64,000 nt of DNA, from positions 128,001-192,000 of the forward strand of contig CAVRCI010000002.1 of NCBI GenBank assembly GCA_963719495.1. The letters are read 5' to 3'. The position numbers and the translations under genes were made by a program. Source of the DNA: an uncultured Verrucomicrobiae bacterium (GTDB lineage Bacteria; Verrucomicrobiota; Verrucomicrobiia; Chthoniobacterales; JAATET01). Shown here one piece after another: positions 51,325 through 61,633 of this stretch. The notes under the pieces are model-generated. The model was given only the letters and a program-made list of their open reading frames with translations, was not told where the DNA came from and did no database searches. The stretch's first letter is position 1, and the number at the start of each line of letters is the position of its first letter.

Positions 51325-53190
51325 ATGGAGGTGTCGAACTGGCGGGTTATCAAGCGGTTGCTGGTGATGACTTGGGTTTATCGGCGGGATTGTGTGCTGG
51401 TGCTGGTGTGCCAGGTGCTGCTGTTGTCTTTTGGCTTGGCGGGTTTGGGGTTGGCGGGAGTGGCGATTGATTTTGTTCGCTGGAAGGTGGAGCCGGGGGC
51501 GGCGGTGCCGGCCTGGCCTTTTGGGGTGGCTCCCCCGGGGGATTGGTCGGCGATGGGGGTGCTTTTTGCGATTTCGGGGGCGATGGTGGTGCTGGCTGCT
51601 TTGCGGGCGGTGTTGAATTATTTGAATCAGACGCTGTTGAATGTGCTGACCCAGGGGCGGATCGTGGTGGAGGTGCGGGCTCGGGTTTACGAGAAGTTGC
51701 AGCGGTTGAGTTTCCGGTTTTTTGACGCGAACGCGACGAGTTCGTTGATCAACCGGGTGACGGGGGACGTGCAGGCGCTGCGGATGTTTGTGGATCAGGT
51801 GCTGATTCAGGCGGTGATCATGGTGATCTCGCTGACGGTTTACGTGGTGTATCTGGTGAACATCGACTGGCGGCTGGCGGTGGCTTGTCTGGCGGTGACT
51901 CCGTTGCTTTGGATGGTGTCGGCGCAGTTCTCGCGGGTGGTGCGGGTGGCTTACGGGCGGAGTCGGGAGTTGGCGGATGGGATGGTGGCGCAGTTGGTGG
52001 AGACGATTCGGGGGGTGCAGGTGGTGAAGGCTTTTGGGCGGGAGGGGGATCGGGTGGCGCGATTTGATGAGGCGAATGACGTGGTGCGGGATCAGCAGCG
52101 GTGGATCTTCTGGCGGGTGAGCACGTTCGGGCCGACGGTGGGGCTCCTCAGTCAGTTTCCGCTGGTGGTGCTGCTGGGGTATGGTGGGTATCTGGCGGTG
52201 CGGGGGGAGATTGCGATTGGGACGGGGTTGGTGGTGTTTGCGGCGATTTTGCAGCAGTTTTCGGGTCAGGTGAGCAGCATTGCGCAGGTGGCGAATACGA
52301 TGCACCAGAGTCTGCGGGGGGCGCGGCGGGTCTTCGAGGTGCTGGATACGCCGGTGGAGGTGGAGTCGCCGGTGGAGGCGGTGCGGACGGGGCGGCTGGT
52401 GGGGCGGGTGCGGTTCGACGGGGTGTGGTTCGATCACCGGAGTGGGCCGGTGCTGCAGGGGGTGGATTTCGAGGTGGAGGCGGGACGGTGCGTGGCGGTG
52501 ATCGGGCCGACGGGTTCGGGGAAGAGTGCGCTGATGAGCTTGTTGCCGCGGTTTTACGATCCGACGGCTGGGGTGATTTCGATCGACGGGATCGATTTGC
52601 GGCGGATGGATTTGGATGATCTGCGGCGGTCAATCGGGGTGGTGTTTCAGGAGAGCTTTCTTTTCAGCACGACGGTGGCGGCGAACATTGCGTTTGGGCA
52701 TCCGGACGCGACGGATGAGCAGATCGAGCGGGCGGCGCGGATTGCGTCGGCGCATGAGTTCATCGTGGGGTTGCCGGATGGGTACGAGACGGTGCTGGGG
52801 GAGGCGGGGGTGGGGTTGTCGGGGGGGCAGCGGCAGCGGTTGGCGATTGCTCGGGCGGTGTTGTTGGATCCGCCGATTTTGGTGCTGGATGATCCGACGG
52901 CGGCGGTGGATCCGGGGACGGAGCGGGAGATTGCGGGGGCAATCGAGGGGGCGATGGCGGGGCGGACGACGTTTATCGTGGCGCATCGGCCGACGATGCT
53001 GAGGAGGGCGGATTTCGCGGTGGTGCTGGATCATGGCCGGGTGGTGCAGATCGGGACGCACGCGGAGCTGGTGGGGTCGGGGCGGGGGTATTATTTTGAC
53101 GCGATGGAGGCTGTTGGTGGGGGTGGGGGTGAGGTTTTTGAACAGAAGGGCGCGAAGGTCGCTAAGGTGATGAAAGGGGGGGGCGTGTGA
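51325..53190 (+). CDS. ABC exporter, fused permease/ATPase
   Basis: GPTGSGKS, LSGGQRQR, ILVLDD. Confidence 0.95.
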   Translation: MEVSNWRVIKRLLVMTWVYRRDCVLVLVCQVLLLSFGLAGLGLAGVAIDFVRWKVEPGAAVPAWPFGVAPPGDWSAMGVLFAISGAMVVLAALRAVLNYLNQTLLNVLTQGRIVVEVRARVYEKLQRLSFRFFDANATSSLINRVTGDVQALRMFVDQVLIQAVIMVISLTVYVVYLVNIDWRLAVACLAVTPLLWMVSAQFSRVVRVAYGRSRELADGMVAQLVETIRGVQVVKAFGREGDRVARFDEANDVVRDQQRWIFWRVSTFGPTVGLLSQFPLVVLLGYGGYLAVRGEIAIGTGLVVFAAILQQFSGQVSSIAQVANTMHQSLRGARRVFEVLDTPVEVESPVEAVRTGRLVGRVRFDGVWFDHRSGPVLQGVDFEVEAGRCVAVIGPTGSGKSALMSLLPRFYDPTAGVISIDGIDLRRMDLDDLRRSIGVVFQESFLFSTTVAANIAFGHPDATDEQIERAARIASAHEFIVGLPDGYETVLGEAGVGLSGGQRQRLAIARAVLLDPPILVLDDPTAAVDPGTEREIAGAIEGAMAGRTTFIVAHRPTMLRRADFAVVLDHGRVVQIGTHAELVGSGRGYYFDAMEAVGGGGGEVFEQKGAKVAKVMKGGGV

Positions 53191-53239
53191 GTGGGGGCTT
53201 GGGGTTCGGGGGTTTGCGGGTTGGGTTGCTGGCTATGGG

Positions 53240-53685
53240 CGGGGAGGAGTGTATGCCAGAGTTGCTTCGCTTTGCTCAGCATGACAGGATTTGGGATTGG
53301 GGGTGTCGTTTGCGGAGGCGTGCTGGTGATTCGTTGGGGTGGTGGGGGTGGGGGATTACCCGTGATTGGTGAATGGTGAATGGTGAATGGTGGGTGATGG
53401 GTCCGGCTGGTGTTGGATTGGGTTGGTTCGGCGATTGGGGGTCGCCGCTCGTTGTGTTGGCGTCGAAGATGGGGGTCTTTGGCATGACGGCGTTCCAAGT
53501 GAATTGGCAGCAAACTTGGAGGCGACGGCTCGGCGGAGCCTCGCCCTCCAGATGCCAGATGGGGGCGGCTGGTGCCGCTTGTTTGTCGAGACTTCTTGGG
53601 ACGGTGAAGCCGGTTTCCAGTTACCGGGTGGTAGGGAGAGTGAGTCGGAGGTGTTTCGCTTTGCTCGGCATGACAGGGTTTGGGA
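53240..53685 (+). repeat. Intergenic cluster of REP-like elements and heptamer repeats
   Basis: cttcgctttgctcagcatgaca, (tggtgaa)n, ggaggcgacggctcggcggagcctcgccctcc. Confidence 0.65.
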
Positions 53686-53700
53686 TGGGGAGATCTTGCT

Positions 53701-55653
53701 TTGAAGGTTGATCGGGAGCGGCGGCGGGCTTTGACGGCTTCGAGCCTTCGGGTGGAGGCGGGGGAGCGGGTGGTTCGGGCTTCGTTGGATACGGTGGGGT
53801 TGCTGAAGCGGCTCTTTTCCCACATGCGGCCTTACGCACGGGTGCGGAATTGGCTGGTGTCGGTGGTGGTGTTGCGGGCTTTGCTGCTGCCGATGGGGGC
53901 TTGGGCGATTGGGGCGACGATCAATGGGCCAATTTCGCGGGGGGATGTGGGGGGGATCGTTTGGGCGACTTTGGGGTTTGCGGGGCTGGTGCTGGTGACT
54001 CAGCTCGGGATGCATTTTCGGATGCGGTTGGCTTTGGATTTGGGGGAGTGGGTGATTCACGATCTGAGGCGGGATGCGTTTCGGCATTTGCTGACGCTGA
54101 AGATGGGGTTTTTCGATCGGAACAAGCTGGGGAGTCTCATTGGGAAGTTGACGACGGATTTGGACGCGGCGCGGATGGGGGTGCAGGACATCGTCTTCGT
54201 GAGCATGGTGCAGGGGGGGCAGATGCTGGTGACGGCGGTTCTGATGGCGTGGTATGATTGGGTGCTCTTTCTGATCGTGCTGGCGATCGCTCCGGTGATC
54301 TGGCGGTTGAACGTGTATTTTACGCGGAAGATCACGGAGCAGCAGCGGCTGGGGCAGGAGAGTTTCAGCCGGGTGACGGCGGTGCTGGCGGAGTCGGTGA
54401 ACGGGATCCGGGTGACGCAGGGGTTCGTACGGCAGGAGGTGAACGCGGGATTTTTTCGCAATCTGGTGGCGGATCATTCGAAATACAGCGTGGGGGCGGG
54501 GCACACGTCGGCGGTGTTTTTGCCGCTACTGGAGTTGAACAGTCAGTTTTTCGTCGCGCTGCTGGTGGTGGTCGGGGGGTATCGGGCGATCGATCCGGAG
54601 ATTGCGCGGCCGGTGGGGGATCTGGTGGTGTTTTTCTTCCTGGCGAATTTGTTTTTCGATCCGATTCGGGTGCTGGGGATGCAGTACAACAACGCGCTGA
54701 CGGCGATGGTGGGGGCGGAGCGGGTGTTTGCGCTGCTTGATACGAAGCCGGAGTGGGAGGATGCGTTGGGGGCGGTGGAGCTGACGGATGTGCGGGGGCG
54801 GGTGGAGTTTGCGGACGTTTCGTTTCGGTATGGTGAGGTCTCACGCAGAGGCGCAGAGGCGCGGAGTGAGGGGAAGGGGGCGGGAGGGCGCGAGGGCGAG
54901 AGGGGGGGAGATACGGGTGAAGGCTCACGCGAAGGCGCGAAGCCGCAAAGGGACGCGGGGGCGGATCGGCTGGTGCTGCGGGGGATTGATTTTGTGGCGG
55001 AGGTGGGGCAGACGGTGGCGCTGGTGGGGCAGACGGGGAGTGGGAAAAGCTCGATCATCAATCTGGTGGCGAGGCTGTATTTGGCGACGAGTGGGGTGGT
55101 GCGGGTCGACGGTTTGGACGTGAAGGGGGTGCGGTCGGAGTCGTTGCACCGGCATCTGGGGATGGTGCATCAGCAGAGTTTTCTCTTCGATGGGTCGGTG
55201 ATGGAGAATATCCGTTTCGCTCGGCCGGAGGCTTCGGCGAAGGAGGTGATCGAGTGCGTGCGGCGGCTGGATTGCCTGGATCTCATTGAGTCGCTGCCGG
55301 AGGGGTTTCGGACGGAGGTGGGGGAGGCGGGGAAGAATCTGTCGGCGGGCCAGCGGCAGATTGTGTCGTTCGCTCGGGCGATGATGGCGGATCCGCGGAT
55401 CTTGATCTTGGACGAGGCGACGAGCGCGATCGACGCGCTGACGGAGGCGCGGCTGCAGGTGGCGTTGGGGCGGTTGCTGGAGGGGCGGACGAGTTTCGTG
55501 GTGGCTCATCGGTTGAGCACGATCCGGGGGGCGGATCTGATTTTGGTTTTGAGCGAGGGGGAGATTGTGGAGCGGGGGACGCACGGGGAGCTGGTGGCGG
55601 CAGGTGGGGTTTATGCGGGGTTGGATCGGCACTTTTCGGGGGAGGGTTCTTGA
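53701..55653 (+). CDS. ABC exporter, fused permease/ATPase (heterodimer partner)
   Basis: GQTGSGKS, LSAGQRQ, ILILDEATS; start TTG 53701 or ATG-equivalent at 53680. Confidence 0.95.
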   Translation: MKVDRERRRALTASSLRVEAGERVVRASLDTVGLLKRLFSHMRPYARVRNWLVSVVVLRALLLPMGAWAIGATINGPISRGDVGGIVWATLGFAGLVLVTQLGMHFRMRLALDLGEWVIHDLRRDAFRHLLTLKMGFFDRNKLGSLIGKLTTDLDAARMGVQDIVFVSMVQGGQMLVTAVLMAWYDWVLFLIVLAIAPVIWRLNVYFTRKITEQQRLGQESFSRVTAVLAESVNGIRVTQGFVRQEVNAGFFRNLVADHSKYSVGAGHTSAVFLPLLELNSQFFVALLVVVGGYRAIDPEIARPVGDLVVFFFLANLFFDPIRVLGMQYNNALTAMVGAERVFALLDTKPEWEDALGAVELTDVRGRVEFADVSFRYGEVSRRGAEARSEGKGAGGREGERGGDTGEGSREGAKPQRDAGADRLVLRGIDFVAEVGQTVALVGQTGSGKSSIINLVARLYLATSGVVRVDGLDVKGVRSESLHRHLGMVHQQSFLFDGSVMENIRFARPEASAKEVIECVRRLDCLDLIESLPEGFRTEVGEAGKNLSAGQRQIVSFARAMMADPRILILDEATSAIDALTEARLQVALGRLLEGRTSFVVAHRLSTIRGADLILVLSEGEIVERGTHGELVAAGGVYAGLDRHFSGEGS

Positions 55654-56138
55654 GCTGGTGATTGGTGATTGGTGAGTAGTGATTGGTGGGGTGATTGCTG
55701 GTTGGCGGTGGCTTTTTGGGTGGGGCGGAGCTTGTTGGTGGGTGGGCGGTATTTGAGTGTAAGCCAGAGATGCTTCGCTGTGCTCAGCATGACAGGCGGG
55801 TGTGGGGGCTGGGTGTGGTGGGGGCGGGAGCGAGCGAGTCAACGGAACGAAGAGAACGATGGGGAAGACGGATACCAATGCGGCTTTGAATAGAAGGCCG
55901 CAAAGGTCGCAGAGATTTGGAAGAATGGGCTTCGCTGCCGTTGATCGAGTCATCCCCGGCTTCTTGACGCGCTTGCGTTTTCGTCGTCCTGAGTATGACA
56001 GCGGGGCTGGGGGCGGGGTGGGTCGGCGATTGCAAATCGCGGGTTCTCGAGGGGGGGCGGCTTGCTTGGATTGGCGGGTTCTCGTTTTTTGGGACCGGAT
56101 TCTTTCGGTAGCCGAATCTATGGGTCATAGATGATGTT

Positions 56139-57317
56139 GTGAAAAATGACGGATGGATGGAACCGGCGACGGAGGAAACGGTGAGGGGGGTCCTGGAGGG
56201 ATTGTTGGCCGAGTCGTGGTGGGAAGGGAACTCGGTGGAGACGCTGGTTAATGGGGATGAAATTTTCCCCGCTTTGTTGAAGGCGATCCGGGGTGCCGAG
56301 CGGACGATCAATCTGGAAACCTACATCTATTGGTCGGGGAAAATCGCCCACGAGGTGGCGGACGCTCTGAGTGAACGGGCGCGGGCGGGGGTGGCTGTGA
56401 ACGTGGTGCTGGATTGGTTTGGCTGCGCGAAGATGGACGATTCGCTGGTCGCGACGATGCGGGAGGCTGGGGTGAGGGTGACGATCTACAATCGGCCGCG
56501 GTGGTGGCGGTTCTGGGAGGGGAATCACCGAACGCATCGGAAGATTCTGGTGGCGGATGGGCGGATTGGGTTCACGGGCGGGGTGGGGATTGCGGACTGT
56601 TGGCTGGGAGATGCGCGGGACGAGACGGAGTGGCGGGACGATCATTTTCGGATCGAGGGTCCGGCGGTCGGGGCGCTGCAACGGGTTTTCGAGCAAAATT
56701 GGCGGCGGGAGAACGATGATGCGCTTGCGGGAGAGGGATATTATCCTGGATTGACCGAAGCGGGGGAGGTCGCGGTGCAGGTTTATTCGAGTTCGCCGGG
56801 GGAGGGCGTGACGGAGGCTTACGCGGCGAACCGGTTGGCGCTACGGTCGGCGACGCGTCATTTGCGGTTGAATCCGGCGTATTTCGTGCCGGATCCGACG
56901 ATGGAGGCGGACCTGATCGGCGCGGTGGAGCGCGGGGTGGAGGTCGAGGTGATCGTGCCGGGGAAGCACATCGACGAGACGGCGGTGAGGCTGGCTTCGC
57001 GGGCGCGCTGGGGGCGGCTGCTCGAGGGCGGGGTGGCGATTTATGAGTTCAAGCCGACGATGATCCACCGGAAGGGGGTGATCGTGGACGATTATTGGCT
57101 GATGACGGGGTCGGCGAACTTCGACAATCGGTCGTTTCGAATCAACGACGAGGCGAATTTCAACACGGTGGATCGCGAGGTGGTGGCGAAGGCCGTGCGG
57201 TTGTTCGAGGCGGACCGGAATCGGTGCGAGCGGATCACGCTCGAGGGTTGGCGGGGGCGGCCTTGGTCCGAGAAGGTGAGCGACTGGTCGGCGAATTTGT
57301 TTCGCGGGCAGTTGTGA
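56139..57317 (+). CDS. cls: Cardiolipin synthase / PLD family
   Basis: Two HKD motifs: HRKILVADG and HRKGVIVDD. Confidence 0.9.
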   Translation: MKNDGWMEPATEETVRGVLEGLLAESWWEGNSVETLVNGDEIFPALLKAIRGAERTINLETYIYWSGKIAHEVADALSERARAGVAVNVVLDWFGCAKMDDSLVATMREAGVRVTIYNRPRWWRFWEGNHRTHRKILVADGRIGFTGGVGIADCWLGDARDETEWRDDHFRIEGPAVGALQRVFEQNWRRENDDALAGEGYYPGLTEAGEVAVQVYSSSPGEGVTEAYAANRLALRSATRHLRLNPAYFVPDPTMEADLIGAVERGVEVEVIVPGKHIDETAVRLASRARWGRLLEGGVAIYEFKPTMIHRKGVIVDDYWLMTGSANFDNRSFRINDEANFNTVDREVVAKAVRLFEADRNRCERITLEGWRGRPWSEKVSDWSANLFRGQL

Positions 57318-57530
57318 CTGGTGGCTGGTGGTTGTGCGGGTGGCGGGTGGCGGGTGGCGGGTGGTTTTAATTGGGCCGGCGGCCGGAGCGAAGCGGAGAC
57401 AGGCGAAGCCAATCGCAAATCGTCGCTCCTCGAGCGGATTCGGCTCTCTCGCTTCGCTCGACTTGCCTCTTGATGCGGCGGGACGCCGCATCTCGCACGC
57501 GGGGACGCGTGCGCTCCCCGGCTGATTTGC

Positions 57531-57884
57531 TTATTCGATGTAGGTGTCTTCGTGGTCGTAGGGAGGGGCGCAGGCGCAGAGGAAGGTCAGATCCTGGGTG
57601 GCGGTGATCTGGTGGTAGGTGCCGGGGGGGATGAGGATGGCGTCGCCGGGGTGGACCTGGCGCTCTTCGCCGTCGATTTCCATGGTGCCGGTGCCGGCGA
57701 GGAGGAAGTAAATTTCTTCGGAGAGCTTGTGGTAGTGACGGTCGGTGGCCTGGCCGGTGGGGAGGGTGGCTTCGGCGAGGCTTTGGTTTTGGACCGGGGC
57801 GTTGGTGCGGTCGAGGATGCTGCGGATGGTGGAGCCGTCCTTGGTGGTGAAGGGTTTTTGGCTGGATAGGGTGGAAACGTTCAT
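57531..57884 (-). CDS. Cupin domain protein
   Basis: HYHKLSEEIY..GDAILIPPGTYHQI. Confidence 0.9.
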   Translation of the reverse strand: MNVSTLSSQKPFTTKDGSTIRSILDRTNAPVQNQSLAEATLPTGQATDRHYHKLSEEIYFLLAGTGTMEIDGEERQVHPGDAILIPPGTYHQITATQDLTFLCACAPPYDHEDTYIE

Positions 57885-57899
57885 GGAGTGTCCGAGCGT

Positions 57900-58709
57900 A
57901 TGAAATTCTTCGAGGGGTGCACAGCTTTGGTTACGGGGGCTTCGGCGGGGCTGGGGGCGGAATTTGCGCGGCAATTGGCTCCGGTGGCGGGTTCGCTGGT
58001 GCTGGTGGCGCGGCGGAACGAGCGGCTGGAGGAGTTGCGGGCGGAGTTGACGGAGAAATTTCCGAGGTTGTCGGTCTTCATTTACGCGGCGGATCTGGCG
58101 GACGAGGGGAAGCGGGTGGCGCTGGCTGAGTGGTTGAAGGAGCACGGGATCGCGGTCGATTTCCTGATCAACAACGCGGGGTTGGGCGATCACGGGGAGT
58201 TCGAGTCGAGCGAGTGGGAGCGGGTGCGGGCGATGCTGGACGTGAACGTCGCGGCGTTGACGCATTTGACGCATTTGCTGCTGCCGACTTTGCGGGCGGC
58301 GGATCGGGCGGCGATTCTCAACGTGAGCTCGGTGGCGAGTTTTTTTCCGCTGCCGAATCTGGGGGTTTACGCGGCGACGAAGGCTTACGTGACGAGCTTC
58401 TCGGAGGCGCTGCGGATGGAGCTGCTCGACTCGGGGGTGTCGGTGACGGCGCTGTGTCCGGGGCCGGTCGGGACGGAGTTCTCGGCGGTGGCGACGCGGT
58501 CGGGGAAGAACGATCTGGCTCACGCAGAGCAGATGGGCTTGATCGCGCAGACTCCGGCCATGGTGGTAAGGACGGGACTGGAGGCCGTGGTGGCGGGGCG
58601 GGCGCGGATCGTGCCGGGATTCCTGTTGGCGGCGGCGGTGGTCGTGGCCGGGGTGATCCCTTTCGTGATCGTTCGGGGAATCCTCTCGGCGAGCCGCGGG
58701 CGTATTTGA
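57900..58709 (+). CDS. Short-chain dehydrogenase/reductase
   Basis: TGASAGLG, NNAG, YAATK. Confidence 0.95.
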   Translation: MKFFEGCTALVTGASAGLGAEFARQLAPVAGSLVLVARRNERLEELRAELTEKFPRLSVFIYAADLADEGKRVALAEWLKEHGIAVDFLINNAGLGDHGEFESSEWERVRAMLDVNVAALTHLTHLLLPTLRAADRAAILNVSSVASFFPLPNLGVYAATKAYVTSFSEALRMELLDSGVSVTALCPGPVGTEFSAVATRSGKNDLAHAEQMGLIAQTPAMVVRTGLEAVVAGRARIVPGFLLAAAVVVAGVIPFVIVRGILSASRGRI

Positions 58710-58760
58710 TCGTGTGACTGAGGATTTGAATTTGTTGGCGGGATCGCGGAAGGTGGGCTT

Positions 58761-59789
58761 GTGAAAAATTTCACAAAGTATGTCGGAGGGGTGTCCGAGA
58801 TGGACGTGGGGTCGGCCTTCAAGCAGACGTTCGAGCTGATCAATCCGCACCTTTACACGGTGGAGGAGCGGATTCGGCAGCAGGCGAGGGTGTTCGATCC
58901 GGCGGTGGAGGGTTACGTGGCGTATGCGATCAATTCCGGTGGGAAGCGGATTCGTCCGGCGTTGGCGTTGCTGGCGGGCGGGGCGACGGGGAAGATCACT
59001 TCGAGCCACGTGGATCTGGCGGTGATCCTGGAGCTGATTCACGTGGCGACGTTGGTGCACGACGACATCATGGATGACGCGGAGACGCGGCGGGACCAGC
59101 CGACTCCGAACGCGAAGTGGGGGAATTCGTTGAGCGTGTTGCTGGGGGATTGTCTGTTTGCGCACGCTCTGCGGCTCTCGACGAATTTTTCGAACACGGA
59201 CATCAGCCGCCGGATTGCGGACGCTTCGGCGGACGTGTGCCAGGGTGAGATCATTCAGACTCAGCGGCGGTTCGATCTGAAATTGTCGACGACGGATTAC
59301 TACAAGATCATCGAGATGAAGACGGCGGCGCTGTTTTCGACGGCGTGCGAGTTGGGGGCGTTCATCAGCGAGGCGAGCCCGGAGACGATCGGGGCGATGC
59401 GGACATTCGGGACCCGGCTGGGGACGGCTTACCAGATTTACGATGACATTCTGGACATCGTGGGGGACGAGGTGCGAGCTGGGAAGACGCTGGGGACGGA
59501 TTTGGTGAAGGGGAAATTGACGTTGCCGGTGATCCTGATGCTGCAGTCGGCGCGAAACAAGGAGCGGGAGCGGCTGCGGGAGTTGTTGCTGCACGACAAT
59601 GGGGATGGTCACGCGGAGATCACGGAATTGCTCGAGCGGAGCGGGGCTCTGAAGACTTCGGTCGAGACGGCTCGGCGGATGGTTGGGGAGGCCCGGGGGG
59701 AGCTCGAGATTGTTCCGGCGAACCGGTATCTCAATGGGCTGGTGGCGGTGACTCGGCATTTGGATGGGTTGTTGGATCAGTTTGTTTGA
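58761..59789 (+). CDS. Polyprenyl diphosphate synthase (IspB-like)
   Basis: GGKRIRP, LVHDDIMD, QIYDDILD; may start at ATG 58800. Confidence 0.95.
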   Translation: MKNFTKYVGGVSEMDVGSAFKQTFELINPHLYTVEERIRQQARVFDPAVEGYVAYAINSGGKRIRPALALLAGGATGKITSSHVDLAVILELIHVATLVHDDIMDDAETRRDQPTPNAKWGNSLSVLLGDCLFAHALRLSTNFSNTDISRRIADASADVCQGEIIQTQRRFDLKLSTTDYYKIIEMKTAALFSTACELGAFISEASPETIGAMRTFGTRLGTAYQIYDDILDIVGDEVRAGKTLGTDLVKGKLTLPVILMLQSARNKERERLRELLLHDNGDGHAEITELLERSGALKTSVETARRMVGEARGELEIVPANRYLNGLVAVTRHLDGLLDQFV

Positions 59790-60033
59790 GGCGGGGCGTT
59801 TTCGGTGAGGGGAGTGTCCGGCTTCGCCGGATTGGGTTGGTTCGGCGATTGCAAATCGCCGCTCCTCGAGTTGCGGCTCTCTCGCTGCGCTCGACTTGCC
59901 GGGTGATGCGGCGGGACGCCGCATCTCGCACGCGGGGACGCGTGCGCTCCCCGGCGGCTGGAGCCGCCGCTTGTTGAACTGATTGTTGCTCGATCTTTGC
60001 GGTTGGTGGTGGTTTCGTGTTGGTCCGTTGTCG

Positions 60034-60864
60034 ATGCAGAGTTTCGAAGCTGAGTCCCCCGTTGCGACCGAGAGGTCGTTGGTCGATGCCCGTGAGGCGG
60101 GCGACTCGGCGTGGAATTGGACGGTGCGGCGGACTTGGGATTACGGGATGCAGTTGGCGAGTCTCCTGTATCTTTTCGTGGGCGGGGTGCTGGTGACGCT
60201 GATTTCTCCGATCGTGAGGATTGCGCTGGGGGGGCGGAAGGGGGCGGGCGCCGAATGGGTGGCGGGGCTGTTTCGCGGATACGTGCGGTGGTTGACCTGG
60301 CTGGGGCAGTTCGAGGTGAAATACGAGGGGCTCGAGAAGGTGGGCGATGTGCGCGGGGCGATCATTGCGGCGAATCATCCCGGGATTCTCGACGCGGTGT
60401 TTTTGATCAGTCGAGTGCCGCGGGCGGCCTGCATCATGCGGGCGAGTCTGATGCGGAACTGGGCGTTTGCGGGCTGCGCGAAGTTGGCGGAATACGTGCC
60501 GAACGATCGGGGGGCGGACTCGATCCGGCAGTGCCGGGAGAAGCTGGCGGCGGGCGAAAATTTGCTGATTTTTCCGGAGGGCACGCGGACCTGGCCGGGG
60601 GCGCGGGGGGTGAATCGGTTCAAAACCGGGTTTGCGCTGACGTCGGTGCTGTCGGGGACGCCGATCCACACGGTGCTGATCGAGCGGCAGGGGGATTACC
60701 TCGGGAAGGGGAGGAATTTATGGCTGCCCGCGGTGCCGCCGATTCGGATGACGATCCGGACTGGTGCCGTTTTTGCGCCGAGGGAGGGCGAAAGCGCGAA
60801 GGAGCTTTCGGCCAGGCTGGAACGGTATTTTCGGGATGAGCTGGATCATCCCGTCGGGGCGTGA
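60034..60864 (+). CDS. Lysophospholipid acyltransferase (PlsC family)
   Basis: NHPGILD, FPEGTR. Confidence 0.9.
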   Translation: MQSFEAESPVATERSLVDAREAGDSAWNWTVRRTWDYGMQLASLLYLFVGGVLVTLISPIVRIALGGRKGAGAEWVAGLFRGYVRWLTWLGQFEVKYEGLEKVGDVRGAIIAANHPGILDAVFLISRVPRAACIMRASLMRNWAFAGCAKLAEYVPNDRGADSIRQCREKLAAGENLLIFPEGTRTWPGARGVNRFKTGFALTSVLSGTPIHTVLIERQGDYLGKGRNLWLPAVPPIRMTIRTGAVFAPREGESAKELSARLERYFRDELDHPVGA

Positions 60865-60874
60865 TCGGAGTGGG

Positions 60875-61630
60875 ATGACGGGAGGAGTCAGTGAGACGCA
60901 GTGTGTGATCATCCCGAGCTACAACAGCGGACCGCTGCTGGCCGAGGTCGTGGGAGCGGTGGCGGCGAGGTGGTTGCCGGTGTGGGTGGTGGTCGATGGG
61001 AGCACGGATGGGAGCGAGGCGGCGGTTGTCGCGATGGCGGAATCTTCCGGCGTGAGGTGCCTGGTGCTGGGGGAGAACGTGGGCAAGGGCGGTGCGGTTC
61101 TGGAGGGGCTGCGGGCCGCTCGGAAGGCGGGAATGACTCAGGCGCTGGTGATGGATGGGGATGGGCAGCACGACGTGGGGGCGATCGAGGAGTTCATGGC
61201 GGTGGGCGCGGCGGAGGGGAATGGGGCCATGATTCTCGGGAAGCCGGTGTTCGGTCCGGAGGCTCCCGGTGAGCGGGTGAAGGGGCGGCGGATAGGGAAT
61301 TTCTTCGCGGATCTGGAGACGGACTTTGGGGGGATCGGGGATTCGTTGTTCGGGTTTCGGATTTATCCGGTTGGGACGACGCTGGAGGTGCTGGAGTCCG
61401 TGAAAACGGCGCGGCGGTTCGACTTCGATACCGAGGTGGTGGTGCGGCTTTTCTGGCGAGGGGTGCGTCCGGTCAATCGCGACGTGGCGGTGTATTATCC
61501 ACCGAAGGCGGCGGGAGGGGTGACGCATTTTCGGTATTTGCGGGATAATCTGGTGCTGATTTGGGCGCACGCCCGGTTGTTGATTGGCTCGGTGGGTTGG
61601 CGGGTGGGGCGGTGGGGCGCCGGGGGCTAG
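60875..61630 (+). CDS. Glycosyltransferase family 2
   Basis: IIPSYN, DGSTD, GKGGA, MDGDGQH. Confidence 0.92.
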   Translation: MTGGVSETQCVIIPSYNSGPLLAEVVGAVAARWLPVWVVVDGSTDGSEAAVVAMAESSGVRCLVLGENVGKGGAVLEGLRAARKAGMTQALVMDGDGQHDVGAIEEFMAVGAAEGNGAMILGKPVFGPEAPGERVKGRRIGNFFADLETDFGGIGDSLFGFRIYPVGTTLEVLESVKTARRFDFDTEVVVRLFWRGVRPVNRDVAVYYPPKAAGGVTHFRYLRDNLVLIWAHARLLIGSVGWRVGRWGAGG

Positions 61631-61633
61631 TGA

